A stretch of DNA of 58,424 nucleotides, counting the filler, from Dimargaris cristalligena (taxonomy: Eukaryota), in the NCBI GenBank assembly GCA_003614675.1. It is 6 parts of 6 records of this genome, joined end to end, with 100 filler letters (N's around TTAATTAATTAA, not from the genome) between each part and the next. Parts side by side here need not be neighbours in the genome. Positions count along the whole stretch, not along the records: positions 29,319 to 38,968 come from ML003250.1; positions 39,069 to 48,697 come from ML003251.1; 4 more parts are not named here. The stretch is one strand, 5' to 3'. Positions 36,064-47,026 of this stretch are shown one piece after another (position 1 is the first letter of the stretch; each line of letters begins with the position of its first letter). The position numbers and the translations under genes were made by a program. Under the pieces are notes generated by a model. That model worked only from the letters and a program-made list of their open reading frames with translations, did not search any database and was not told where the DNA came from.

Positions 36064-38323
36064 TTAAAGGTCAGGGTCGCGGCTAAAACCCAAGAAAGGG
36101 TTGGCTTGAGTGCCTTTGGATATCAAGCACGACAGTATGGCCATATAATTGGAATCGGGGCAGAAATAGAGCGGTACGACCTCGGGAAACCATTGTTTAC
36201 GCTTAAAATTCCGAGATTCGAGTGACACGGAGCCCTTTCTATTGAGAAGCATCGACCGGTTCTTGTTGTCCATTACCGTTTGGATGCATTATATCAAATA
36301 TGCAAATTTGCGATATACCTTCAATAAAGGCCAATTCGGATTTGTTCAAAATATAATTAAGGGTGATAAAATATTCTGGTTTCATAATTCGGGAGGTATA
36401 GTCGATGTTCATGTACTGGTGTGCGTTGGGTCTCATTTCTGATACCTGGTATGGTTCATCGGAGTCGAATTCCGGCACGAATGCCAGTAGGCGCATTTGG
36501 TTTTCGTCGGTAAGGTGAATATGACTAATGTTAGGCAAATCATTGAGGTCATCGAACTCAGCCGGCCCTTCGTTGGCTTCCTCCTCACCCTCCATGATTA
36601 AATGTTCAGCTAGTTTGTCTTGTCCGAAACCGGGGCCTGTCGCTCGATTCATTTCTTTTGATTGGTAATTTCTCCAATGGGAAGCTAAAAACGCCACCCC
36701 CTTGGGTAATTGCAGCATTTTCATGATGGACACTAATTCCCATTTGGCATTATTCATGTCACTGGCGTCAATGTCGGAGCTGGAATCGGTATACATCTCG
36801 GTGAACCTGGCTAAAAGATCAGTTTTTTGAGCGACGGCCGCTAAAATGACAGCGAATCGGTTGAAATCATGGTACTTACAGAGCACTACTTCCTTGGCTG
36901 ATACGATTGCCTCCGCCATGTCCCTATCATGGGCCACTTTATCGGCAACAGTCCTAGCTCCGGGCTTGGACTTGTACTCGATATTGAGCATAGCCACCCT
37001 CTCGGCTACGTAAATGTCGATAAGCCATTCTTTCAAGCCGTCCATGAAGTCAACTAGGTCCGTAAACCGATTGGTGGTGGATAAGCGTGTCATGATCACA
37101 ATTATAATATCTAAATAAAGATTTTCAAACCACACTGACGTATCGATTATAGGGGCTGTAGGGTCAGGAGAAGAGTTTCCGGGGTTTCCAATATCGACCG
37201 AACTCGAGTTGGGGTGCACTAGTTGTAGAATCCGGCCCATCCTTTCCCGTTGTGCCGGAGTCCAACCTCCACGATTGGACAGAGTCATTAGCAACGGATT
37301 CCCTAAAACACTCAACAACTCTGTCAGCTCCTCACCATTTTGTTGAACGTCCACCAGAGCCAATAGGGGAAAGTGCGCTTCCAAAACAGATTTAGGTAGC
37401 GAATGGATATTGATATACTGTCAAGTATCAGCGGCGGGCTGGAAAAAGGGGTCGGCCTGGTTGGTCGTGAGGAATTGGTAAAGGTCGGACACCACTCCGG
37501 TCAATAAAGTGGCGGGTGTTTTTGCTAGAACGTGCCATTAACCTGCCAGCAGTTTGAGACGCATCATTGGCATCGAGGAATGTTTTAACCGCCAGGTGTT
37601 GTCTGACCAGTTGAATCTAATTTTGAAATACGCTGTGCCCCACCTTCTCGGAAGTTCGCTCTGCCTCGTCCAATCCAAGATACTGTTTCAGAGACACGTA
37701 TGGTCTCTATATAGATGTTTAATCATGTAACATCCGGGAGAGGTGTGGTGAACGGAGACTGTTCAAAAGCGGGTTAGAAGTGAGGGTCAGTGAATAGGGT
37801 CGTCACCAACCCAAAGGCCATGTACACCTGATACAGAGGATAGGTCCCTATAATAGCGTGGAGAAACAAAGGTGCGGATAAACTGTATTCCAAGAAGCAG
37901 GGTGGTGCTGTGGACTACGTCAGCCTCACCTACGCATGGTACTACTGATATGGGAAGCTAAAAAATGAGGCTTCTTTGGTACCTAACCTGCACACCAAAT
38001 AATAATGCCTCAGCAATACTTACCTGTACCGCCTCGTAGTATAAATTTCCAATCAAAGCACGATTTCCACGAGATGTTTGGGATAGGTGGTGGTGCGAAA
38101 GAGGCGGAAGATATCCAAATATCAAATCCTTTAGTTCTAAAGGCAATCCACTCAAATAATCCGGTCTTTTTGATGGGGGGTCATATTTCACGTCAAAGTC
38201 GTCGTGGTTGAGGGAGCTTATGGATAGACCGGGCGCCGCGGTAGCCTTGGTGGCGAACAGACCGAGGGCTAGGCCCGTTATAGTAGCCCACCCCAGGCCG
38301 TGGTTCACTTGTTGGTTCATCAT
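36064..38323 (-). pseudogene. Secreted F-box-like orphan protein; middle region contains stops or a frameshift (probable pseudogene, or unresolved splicing)
   Basis: Exon 1 (38323-38024) has a signal peptide plus LSGLPLELKDLIFGYLPPLSHHHLSQTSR and ends at CAG|GTAAGT. A downstream 381-aa ORF spans 37384-36239. All frames between ~37760 and 37385 contain stops, and the overlapping ORF 36273-36064 may be a frameshifted tail. Confidence 0.6.
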
Positions 38324-38968
38324 TGTGTGGGAGTTACTCGTAAGGCTCGTGAGGGGGGTGTTGGAATACTAAGGATGTAAAGAAAATAAAACTGGAAGAA
38401 AGGGAAGAAAGCAGATAGAGGACAGTAGGTGCCTCTAGGTGGTTAGTTTTATTGAGCTGTAATTTTGATGGGGTGAAATATAAGTGGCTAACATAAATAA
38501 TCTCATGATAGCAGAATAAACTAACCTAATTGGGTGAAATAGGATAGGATAAAGAACACGTAGGAACATATTCCTCAATAGGGGGGGGTCCTGTGTCATT
38601 TAATTGAATGTAAGGAATTTGCTACCGGTATGTACAATGGGTGAGTCAGTTGAGTAAATATAATGGTAAAGGCATAAATAGGTGAAATAAGCTAGGATAA
38701 GTGAGGTGTAACACTAAATAATAGTTTCAAACTGCTCAGCTAGTGCAAAGGAAAAAACATGTGTGATGGGATAGCTGTGCTGCCGTGGGCAGCCGGCCAG
38801 AGGCCGTGTAAGCTCCAGCACATATTGCTAATCCAAAAAGTAGTCATGCTTTGGATGAATTCAAGGCCACCGGACAATTGATGAGTTATTTCCATGGGAA
38901 CGGTCCGGGGTTGTTAATATTATTTTATTTCTTTATGCTAGCTGGTTCTCTTTTCCTTCAGCTTTCCA

Positions 38969-39068
38969 NNNNNNNNNNNNNNNNNNNNNNNNNNNNNNNN
39001 NNNNNNNNNNNNTTAATTAATTAANNNNNNNNNNNNNNNNNNNNNNNNNNNNNNNNNNNNNNNNNNNN
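38969..39068. other. Artificial contig spacer
   Basis: N-run, TTAATTAATTAA, N-run (100 bp). Confidence 0.97.
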
Positions 39069-39150
39069 ACTCGTCAGGGGCATACTTCCGATAAGTGCGA
39101 AAAATAGATAAAAAATAAAAGTAGGTAAAAAATGTGGTAAGTTCACCACA
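39069..39150 (-). mobile_element. Terminus of repeat family D (second copy)
   Basis: Reverse complement of 29076-29157; retains CpGs that are mutated in the other copy. Confidence 0.75.
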
Positions 39151-39291
39151 CTCGGGATGAAATGGTTTTCTAACACTAATATGGTCAAACACTAGGCTAG
39201 CCGGATTAAGGTAGATTAGATAGTCTAGTGTATATGCTGAATAATAATCCCATAGTACTGGGTATGGCTATAGGAAAGCTAATATAGTATA

Positions 39292-39874
39292 TGTCAGCCC
39301 TTCTAATCCACCTTAATTTAGACACTATGTTGTCCACCCTTATTAGGCCTCATAGCCATAGTAACCCTCCCATGGTCACCCCTGGTACTAGGGTATTACC
39401 CTATATCATATAACCCTTCCTCTTCCAGACTCCAGCTCTTTGCACTAATCACTCAGCATGCTGATCCAAAGACTCTTCCAGTTACCATAAAAGTCTTCCA
39501 GATACTAGTAGCCATCCAGTTGGCCTATTTTTACTATATATCTTAGTTACCCATAGTCTTCCCTTAAGACCTCCCTCTGGAGTAATCTCTGTATATATAT
39601 AACTAGGCCCCCTTGGGACCAGTTAGATTGCTCAGCTTATTCTTACCCCCTGGTTTACCCCAATAAACTCTATATATGCTCACCCCCTCATACTGACCTT
39701 TAAGTATGCCCACTGCATGTCCCTTATATAACTGATTATCTAAGCCTTTATAAGTTAGTACCATGCCCCATACCTGATGCTAGTAGCCTGCTTGGCCAAG
39801 TCTAAGCCCCACCTACCATCAGAAGCTTATCCCTGGGACTCTTGACAGACTAAGAGTGGTAAACCCAGGTGCCA
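39292..39874 (+). mobile_element. Solo LTR, family A
   Basis: TGTC...GCCA termini with a perfect 5-bp TSD GTATA (39287-39291 / 39875-39879). Confidence 0.92.
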
Positions 39875-40317
39875 GTATAATAAGGTCTAATACAGTCTGG
39901 AATTAACCCAGCTCAATTAAGGTGGATTTGATGGGCTAATATCATTAATTAAGTAAGTACTTATCTATTACTTATAAGTAGGTTTATTTATTCTAATGGG
40001 TTTAGGTAATTATTGCCTGTACAACAATTTATTGAACTAAGTTTGATATATAATAGAGGGGGACCAGTAAACTGGTCGCAGAGATATGGCTAAAAGAGAA
40101 AACAGTATAAAGAGGGAAAAAAGAGAAAAGAGAAACCCATATGCAGTAAAGGGCAAGTGCAGGTGTGGGGTAAGAGGTGAGGGTAGGAGAACCCCAAGAA
40201 AAAAAGAGAAAAGATAAGGGAAAGAGGGCAGTCTGCAAGGCTGACCACCCTTATATTGTACTATTATCATTGGGCAATAAAGGCAGGGTCCCCTCTATAA
40301 GGGGGGACACTATCTCA

Positions 40318-41379
40318 TTATTGCCTACTGTCTGGAGGAAGGCCAGCAGGAAGCAAAAATGTGTAAAATGCAATATCATCAAGGGAGCAGATATAAGCAG
40401 TGTCTATATACTGCTGCACTGAACTTAGTGAAGCCCAGTTGCCTAATTGCATAATTCGGGCATCAGAGATACCCAAGGCATAGGCAGCTGAGGCAAATGT
40501 ATGCCTAAGGGCATGAGGCTTCAATATTGAAATCATAGATTCAGATAGCCCAATGTGTTTAAAGGCATACTCTAGTGTTAGTGCCACCACCATATGATGA
40601 GTGGTGCACAGATTTGAGGGTAAGGGGGGGTACCAGGCTGAAGCTGAATCAGCTGGCCTTGACTCTAAATATCAACAAATTAATGGGCCACCACTTGATA
40701 AATAAACACTAAAATGAAGTAACCTATCAGGGTGGGTCCAATGACTTTTTGGCTGTTGTAATCATACAGAAATATAGGAAATATCCATAAAGAATTGTTC
40801 CCTAGTTAATTTAGTCAATGTATCCATGCGTAGCCCACATAAAAGACCTAGGGTTACCAGGGCAGAATCTCAGAGAGTAATAGTAGATGATGTTAAATTA
40901 TTGTCCTTGAAGTAAATGGCAAATTGGGGGAGGGGGACTAATGCCCAGGATGTATCCAGTCAGGGGTGTTCTTGAAGGGACATTGCTGTATACCCCCAAA
41001 TTAATTGTGGTATCAGGCAGGTAGACCCTAATTCATGGCCTAGGATATGATTGATTGACATTAAAGCTGAGATGCGGGCCCGCACTGTGCTTGGGGCCAT
41101 GCGGGCCTCATACTGGAAGGCTAGGAATAATCCTAAGGAGCAGTCAGAGATTGGGAATGCTGGGAATTCCATCAGTTCACTAAACTGGAGGTAGGTAGTG
41201 AAGTGCTGGGCATATGCTGTCCAGGTGTTACTAGCAAATTGGGCTGTCAAGAGATCTAAGACTTGCCCTACAAGGGTGGATCCTTCTGAGGAGGTATCCC
41301 CCAGGCTGTGAGCCCATTCCCTTTGTAAGAGGGACTGGAGTCCAAGGCCCCACTCACTCGTACAACCAGCATTTTCCAT
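40318..41379 (-). pseudogene. Tyrosine recombinase ORF of the DIRS-order element
   Basis: N-terminal SNTWTAY...APSTVRARISAL. Box I GLLCGLRMDTL at ~40820-40852 and box II KPHALRHTFAS...LGNWASLSSVQQYI. Several in-frame stops. Confidence 0.9.
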
Positions 41380-43250
41380 GTGGTGTTAGGGGAAGGGCCC
41401 AAATCCAGTTGGGGGGGAGGATATAGGTGTGGACTACCATAGATTTGAGAACTGGCCACCAAGGCTGTGATCCCCACTGTGGTACTATTAGGGTCGCTAA
41501 GGCTCGGTCCCAACAAATTTTAGCTAGAACAGGCCCGATTAATCCAAAGGGGGGATTTATGAAATTGTCTTCACCCCCCCAGTCTGTTGAAAAAGCATCA
41601 ACCATTTCACACCCATCGGGCTCCAGGGAATTGTAGTGGGGCAATTGGTGATTCCAGGCCGTGGCAAACTGGTCCACTGAATGGGGTCTATACCTTCTGT
41701 CTATCTCCTGGAAGGTTTGTGGTAATAGCTTCCAATCCAATTTTTGGTGTAGCTGGGAGAGGAAATCTGCAGTTACATTCTTTACCCCCAGGATGTAGGT
41801 AGCAAATCTCATTAGGGTTAGATTCAGGTGCCGACTTGTTGCTGCCACCTGCTGGATTATTCGATACAATGTGGGACTGGCAGAGGAAAAGGTGTTGAGT
41901 GCACCCACTGATGCCATGGCATCTAACTCTGCCTTGATTACTGACCCGGCCATTTTGGGACCAAATTCCCTTAATGCTTTGTCTACTGCTAGGGTCTCCC
42001 AGTGGACAATATGCAGCACCTGTTCCTTTGGTGTCCACTGGCCATAGGCAAATTGTTCTTGGCCACCAGGGATAAGAGGGATTAGATGTGCCCCCCACCC
42101 TTCATTGCAGGCATTGGTCCTGAGTTTCCAAGATGCTGGTGGAATTCGGATGGGGGCCTGGGGTTGAGAGGCTAAGGCTCGCCTTAAGGTTCCCAATGCC
42201 TGGTAGGTCCAGTTGGAATATTGTAATGGGGTATCCCACCCCCTTGCTGGATTGAGGTTGTCATAGAGAGGACAAAGGTGCATCCGGACCTCAGGATAAG
42301 CCATCCTGGTTGCAATTAGTAAACCCATTACCTTGGCCAGGACCCATGATGTTGTCTGCCAAGCTCTCTGCCAGCCCTGCCATTGTAGATGGTCTAAGGC
42401 TTCCATGCACCAGACTGTATATTGCTTGGTGAGCCCAAAGTAGTTGCTTTCAAGGTTGATGTGGTACCCTAGGTGGTTGATCACAGTTGTTGGCTGCCAG
42501 ATGCATTTGGTGGGGTGTAGTTGTAGTCCTAGGCTCTTCAGGATATGCTGGATCCCCTCAGGCCACCCTTGCTTTTGCTGCATAGGGTTAAGCAACATGA
42601 GAAAGTTGTCGAGATAGGCAAGATAATGCAGGCCCAGCTTTCAGAGGAACCCTACAAAGGGGTACATGACTTTTACGAAATAATAGGGGGCCAGGCTCCA
42701 CCCAAATGGTAGGACTTAGAATTTGTAGTATTTTCCCAGGACTCTGATCTGGAAGTACTTCTTGATGGAGGTCTCTAGCCCTAGAGCAAAATACCCATCT
42801 TTGAGGTTGAAGGCTATGGCTTGATCATCTGGAGCTGAGAGGTACCTTAGTACACACAAATCCTTGTACTGAGTGGGCCAATCCTGACAGTGGGAGTTCA
42901 GGAATTGGAGGTCAATTATTAGGCAGAATCCTAAGGGCTTTCGGGGGATTAAAAAGACTGGGGATACATGTTGAGCTTGTTCCCCTGGTATCTCTCTGAT
43001 TGTCCCCACTGTAAGGAGCCATTAGATCTCCTCCTCCAGAAAGGACCTGGCTTCAGGGGTGTTGGGGGGACGTGAGGGTTAGTAGAAGGGAGGGGGAGGC
43101 CCCTGAGGCCCCCAGGGGGCCGGCACCCCCCTCCTGATCCACTGTAATACTTGGGCAGGGGCCCCAATCCCTACCCAACATTTGTGGGCCCATTGGAGAG
43201 CTAAGTACAGGGAGCACTTGCCTTTGACAGGAACACATAAGGGACTAAAC
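41354..43250 (-). pseudogene. RT-RNaseH-adenine methyltransferase ORF of the DIRS-order element
   Basis: Collinear in-frame fragments 43009-42716 and 42598-41354 are separated by stops. Catalytic YLDD is mutated to YLDN and the RNaseH TD to TN; the NPPF motif is intact. Confidence 0.92.
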
Positions 43251-44538
43251 ATCTCCACCTGTGGGGGGCCTGGAGCTGCCACCTAGTGTAGTCTTACTGC
43301 CCCCCCCCTGCGGATGGGTTTGTTGGGTGGTATTGATGGGTATGAAGTTGATGCTGATGGACCTGGATAATCTGGTCATGAAGGAAGGGGGCCCATGTTG
43401 ACCTTAAGGTGCTGTCATCATGTAGTTGGAGTTCTGCCAGGCTTGCAGGTCCTAATAACTGTCATGCAGTAATATAGGTCATGTGAGTACCTAGGGTCCT
43501 CTCTAATACCTGACTAACTACCTCTAATAAGGTGGCTGATACAGGGTCATCAGTCACTGGATACCCGGCCTCTTCTAACCCCTGGACCCCTTGGACTAAG
43601 TATGTGAAACAACTCACAATAGTCTGGTATTCATGATGTGCCTCCTCCATACATAAACTAGGAGTATGTTAATTGTGGTACTGCCCATGGATCTGGGGAG
43701 TTGATTGTAGTACCAGGGTAGAGCTTGCCATACCACTAAGGTTGTGGAGTTTGGGGACATAATGGGCCCAGGTACTGGGAGGCTGCAACTGATCAGTATT
43801 TAGGACAGCTGCTATGAATCCAGGTTGTCAATGGATGGGTGCACTTTGGCCCACTAATAAGGGGGGTAGAGTAGGTTTGATGTGGTCATCATAGGCAGAT
43901 AGCTGGTGGATGGCCCATTGTTGTTACTGGGCCTCCTGGTCAGATATACCCAGTGCTGCTAAGAAGGCGGGGGTATGTTATACTTGAGGGATGGATGGAT
44001 TACCAGATGCTGTGGCGGTCTGCACATCAGCTTCAGGTATGAAGCGGGGTCCAGCAGAAGATGAGGCAGTACCCCCTGTTTGCCCAGAGTATAGTACCTG
44101 CCTAATCATCTCTTGAATGTGCCCCAACTGGGTCTCACTGAATCCCCCTATCGAGGGAAGGGGGGTATCACCATGGGGGGGGTAGACATTACTAATAAGG
44201 ATAGGCATATTGAGGCAGGGGGGTAAAGAGATAGAGTGAGGATAGATGAATGTGTATTCAATCCCAATTCAGATGATATTATTTAAGAGTGTACTGTGGA
44301 AACTAGTTTATAAATTGAGCTTGCTGCTTAATTTTCATAGGGTAAGAACCCCAATGAAAAAAGAGAAAAGATAAGGGAAAGAGGGTGGTCTGTAAGGCCG
44401 ACCACCCTTATATTGTACTATTATTATTGGGCAATAAAGGTGGGGTCCCCTCTAAAAGGGGGGACACTGTCTCATTATCTAATATAATGGGCTAGTAATG
44501 AGGCCAGGTAATGTAGGACTGATAAGATTAAAGGGAGA

Positions 44539-44790
44539 AATAATAAGTTTATTAAATAAATAATCGGAGATAATAAAATAAGAGGAAAGTTGTAAGCTGA
44601 AGAGTAAACTATTAGGTAAAAATTGGGTTATATTTGAATATAGGGGGAAGGAGAAAAATGGTGATGACTAACTAATATATATCAGTAACTAGAAAAGAGG
44701 GATACTATAATAATAAAAATAACAATACAGTAGAATAATAGGGATATATTTTCTTATAGTGAGTTACTAATTTACCTATTTATTGGTATT
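44539..44790. repeat. Dispersed AT-rich repeat family B, copy 2
   Basis: Homologous to 20051-20305; abuts LTR A at 44794. Confidence 0.7.
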
Positions 44791-44793
44791 GCC

Positions 44794-45377
44794 TGTCAGC
44801 CCTCCTAATCTGACTTAATCTAGACTTAATGATTGTCCATCCTTATTAGGCCTTATATCACTATATTAACCCTCCCATAGTCACCCCTGGTACCATGGGA
44901 TCATCATCTATTATATAACCCTTTTCCTTCCAGCCCCAGTGCTTCATACAAAACACTCTAACCAGCTAATCCAAATGACTCTTCCAGTTCCCATGAGAGT
45001 CTTCTAGATATGAAGCCATCTAGATGGACTCCTTATCTACTTATACCTAGTCTTAGTAGTATTCCCCTTAGGACCTCCTGCTGGAGTTGTCCCCATATAT
45101 ATATAACTGGGCCCTACTGGGACCAGTTCAATTCCTTAGCTTATTACTACCCCCTAGTTTACCCCAATAAACTCTATATATACTCACTCCCTTGTACTAA
45201 CTAGTAAGTATACCTACAGTATGTCCCTTACATTTACCTCCACTTATCCTTTATTGGTTAGTACTACACCCCCATCCTAATGCTAGCAGCCCACTTGGCC
45301 AAATCTAAGCCCCACCTACTGTTAGGAGCCTATCCTCGGGACTCTTGGCAAACTAAGAGTGGTTAACCCAGGTGACA
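44794..45377 (+). mobile_element. LTR family A copy (solo, no clear TSD)
   Basis: TGTC...GACA termini and full-length homology to 25324-25905. The flanks TTGCC / GGTGC do not match. Confidence 0.88.
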
Positions 45378-45971
45378 GGTGCCAGTGCTTATACAGCATT
45401 AACCCAGCTGCCCACAGTAGCACATCATATACACATATAAAGAACACAGGAAAGACAAATTTTAACAGTAAAAATAGAATAAAATAATAGGGTTAGATAG
45501 TAGGAAGGAATAAAAGAAAGAGAAAGATAGAGAAAACAATTTTCCCATAAAAAATTTTCCTTTCTACTTCAGGGAAAGTAATATTTTTATAGATTTTTTA
45601 TCTTCCCCTTCTATTAATATAATATGTTTTTTAAAATGAAATAACCCTGGCCAACAGCTACACTGTATCCTATAATAGCTCTCCCAGAACAAGGGCAATC
45701 AAGCTAGAGGCATTAGGAGCAGTCCATGAATTTGCTATGGGTCAATGTATGCCCTGTTCACCTCATTCAGTTTTTTAATTATATCAAAATGCCTAATGTT
45801 TTACTGTGTGTTCTGTATTGCTATAGGAAGACATGGGCACAGATTGGAGTGATAGATGTATTAGATGGGAATAATAGGATCTGATTATGTTGAAAACAAC
45901 TAGTCGGTAAAATGTCCCACTGCTATAGTGGACTTGTGTAAGTGTGTATATGTTCTTGTATGTGTGTGTGT

Positions 45972-46262
45972 GGTATTGTACTGGTGATTTGAGGTACCTC
46001 CATTCTAAGATCAGAGCTGGGGTTAGATATCCCACTCCCTTCTAGACTGGAAGGTTCACCAGATGTTGGTTTCAAGGGTCCAGTACCTGGATGTAACATG
46101 GAGAACTTGGGAAATGGTCCTTCAGCTAGTCAGATTTGATTGGAACTGTTGTCAGAGGTTGAACTGGGGTATGGTGGAAAATGTTCCATATGAATCGATC
46201 CTAAACTCCCATCATCAGAGTTAGGTACTGGGGGAGCCATGGTGGCTACGTGCTGAAAATAA
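45972..46262 (-). repeat. Dispersed repeat family E, copy 2
   Basis: Encodes MAPPVPNSDDGSLGSI...PPYPSST...SSNQI* and is homologous to 19035-19330. Confidence 0.75.
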
Positions 46263-47026
46263 GATAATAAAATTAAGAAAACAAAAAATTGACTTCTAAT
46301 TGAAGTCCTCAGCTGATGCTGGGTAAAACACTGGGTGAAGTTAAAATATATATTTATTCCAAATAATAAAAACTTATCTTGAAGATAACTTGCCATTTTA
46401 AGGGCTGGCTGGGAGACTATAAATAAGAAAATTCAATATTATAGCCTTAAGACTATACTATGATCTTTTGGATATCATCCTCAAATGGACTAACAACCAT
46501 AAAACCATGAAGGGAGAAAACTGGTTGGGTCCTTAAGTTTAAACAATGTATGAAAAGAGAAAGGAAAATATGGAAAATGAGAATGTCTCGGATCCTCCAG
46601 GGCATTCATAGAAATAAGATATAAATAAGGAAAACTTTTACATCACTCCCTTATTCTAATGTGAAGGCTATTCCCACTGACTCGTCTGGAATCATGTAGC
46701 TGACAAAATTAGAAGTAGTTAGCAGGTTGGTTGAAAGTGGAAGTGATTAGGCCCAAACATGGATCAGCAAAATGGAGGTCTTCCAAGTGCTTACTCAAAG
46801 AGTGTAACTGTGGATACTGAATGCACAGTCGTTATGTGGTGAGGGAATATGACTAGGTTGTCTCATGGGAAGGGAAATTTGTCTAAGCCTATCGCAGTAC
46901 ATCTGGGGGGGGGGATCGATAACAATGTTGGTATTGGTATTATTGCATAATGTAGCCTAAGGCAAGTTGGTCCTTTAGGAATGAAATGCATTTAGAGCCA
47001 GGAATAGTATACAAAGTTGAATAGCT

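Larger units (their letters stand above)
40009..44478 (-). mobile_element. Tyrosine-recombinase (DIRS-order) retrotransposon, near full length, inactivated
   Basis: Gag-like relic ~44208-43300. RT: HVSPVFLIPRK, LIIDLQFLN, NLKDGYF, LPFGWSLAP, YLDN. RNaseH: TNACNEGWGA, HIVHWETLAV, NVTADFLS. Dam-like MTase: DQFA, DAFSTDW, FINPPF, IVPQWGSQPWW. YR ~41379-40318: GLRMDTL, HALR, GNWAS..SVQQYI. 134-bp direct repeats at 40188-40321 and 44345-44478. The 40009 boundary is tentative. Confidence 0.93.
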
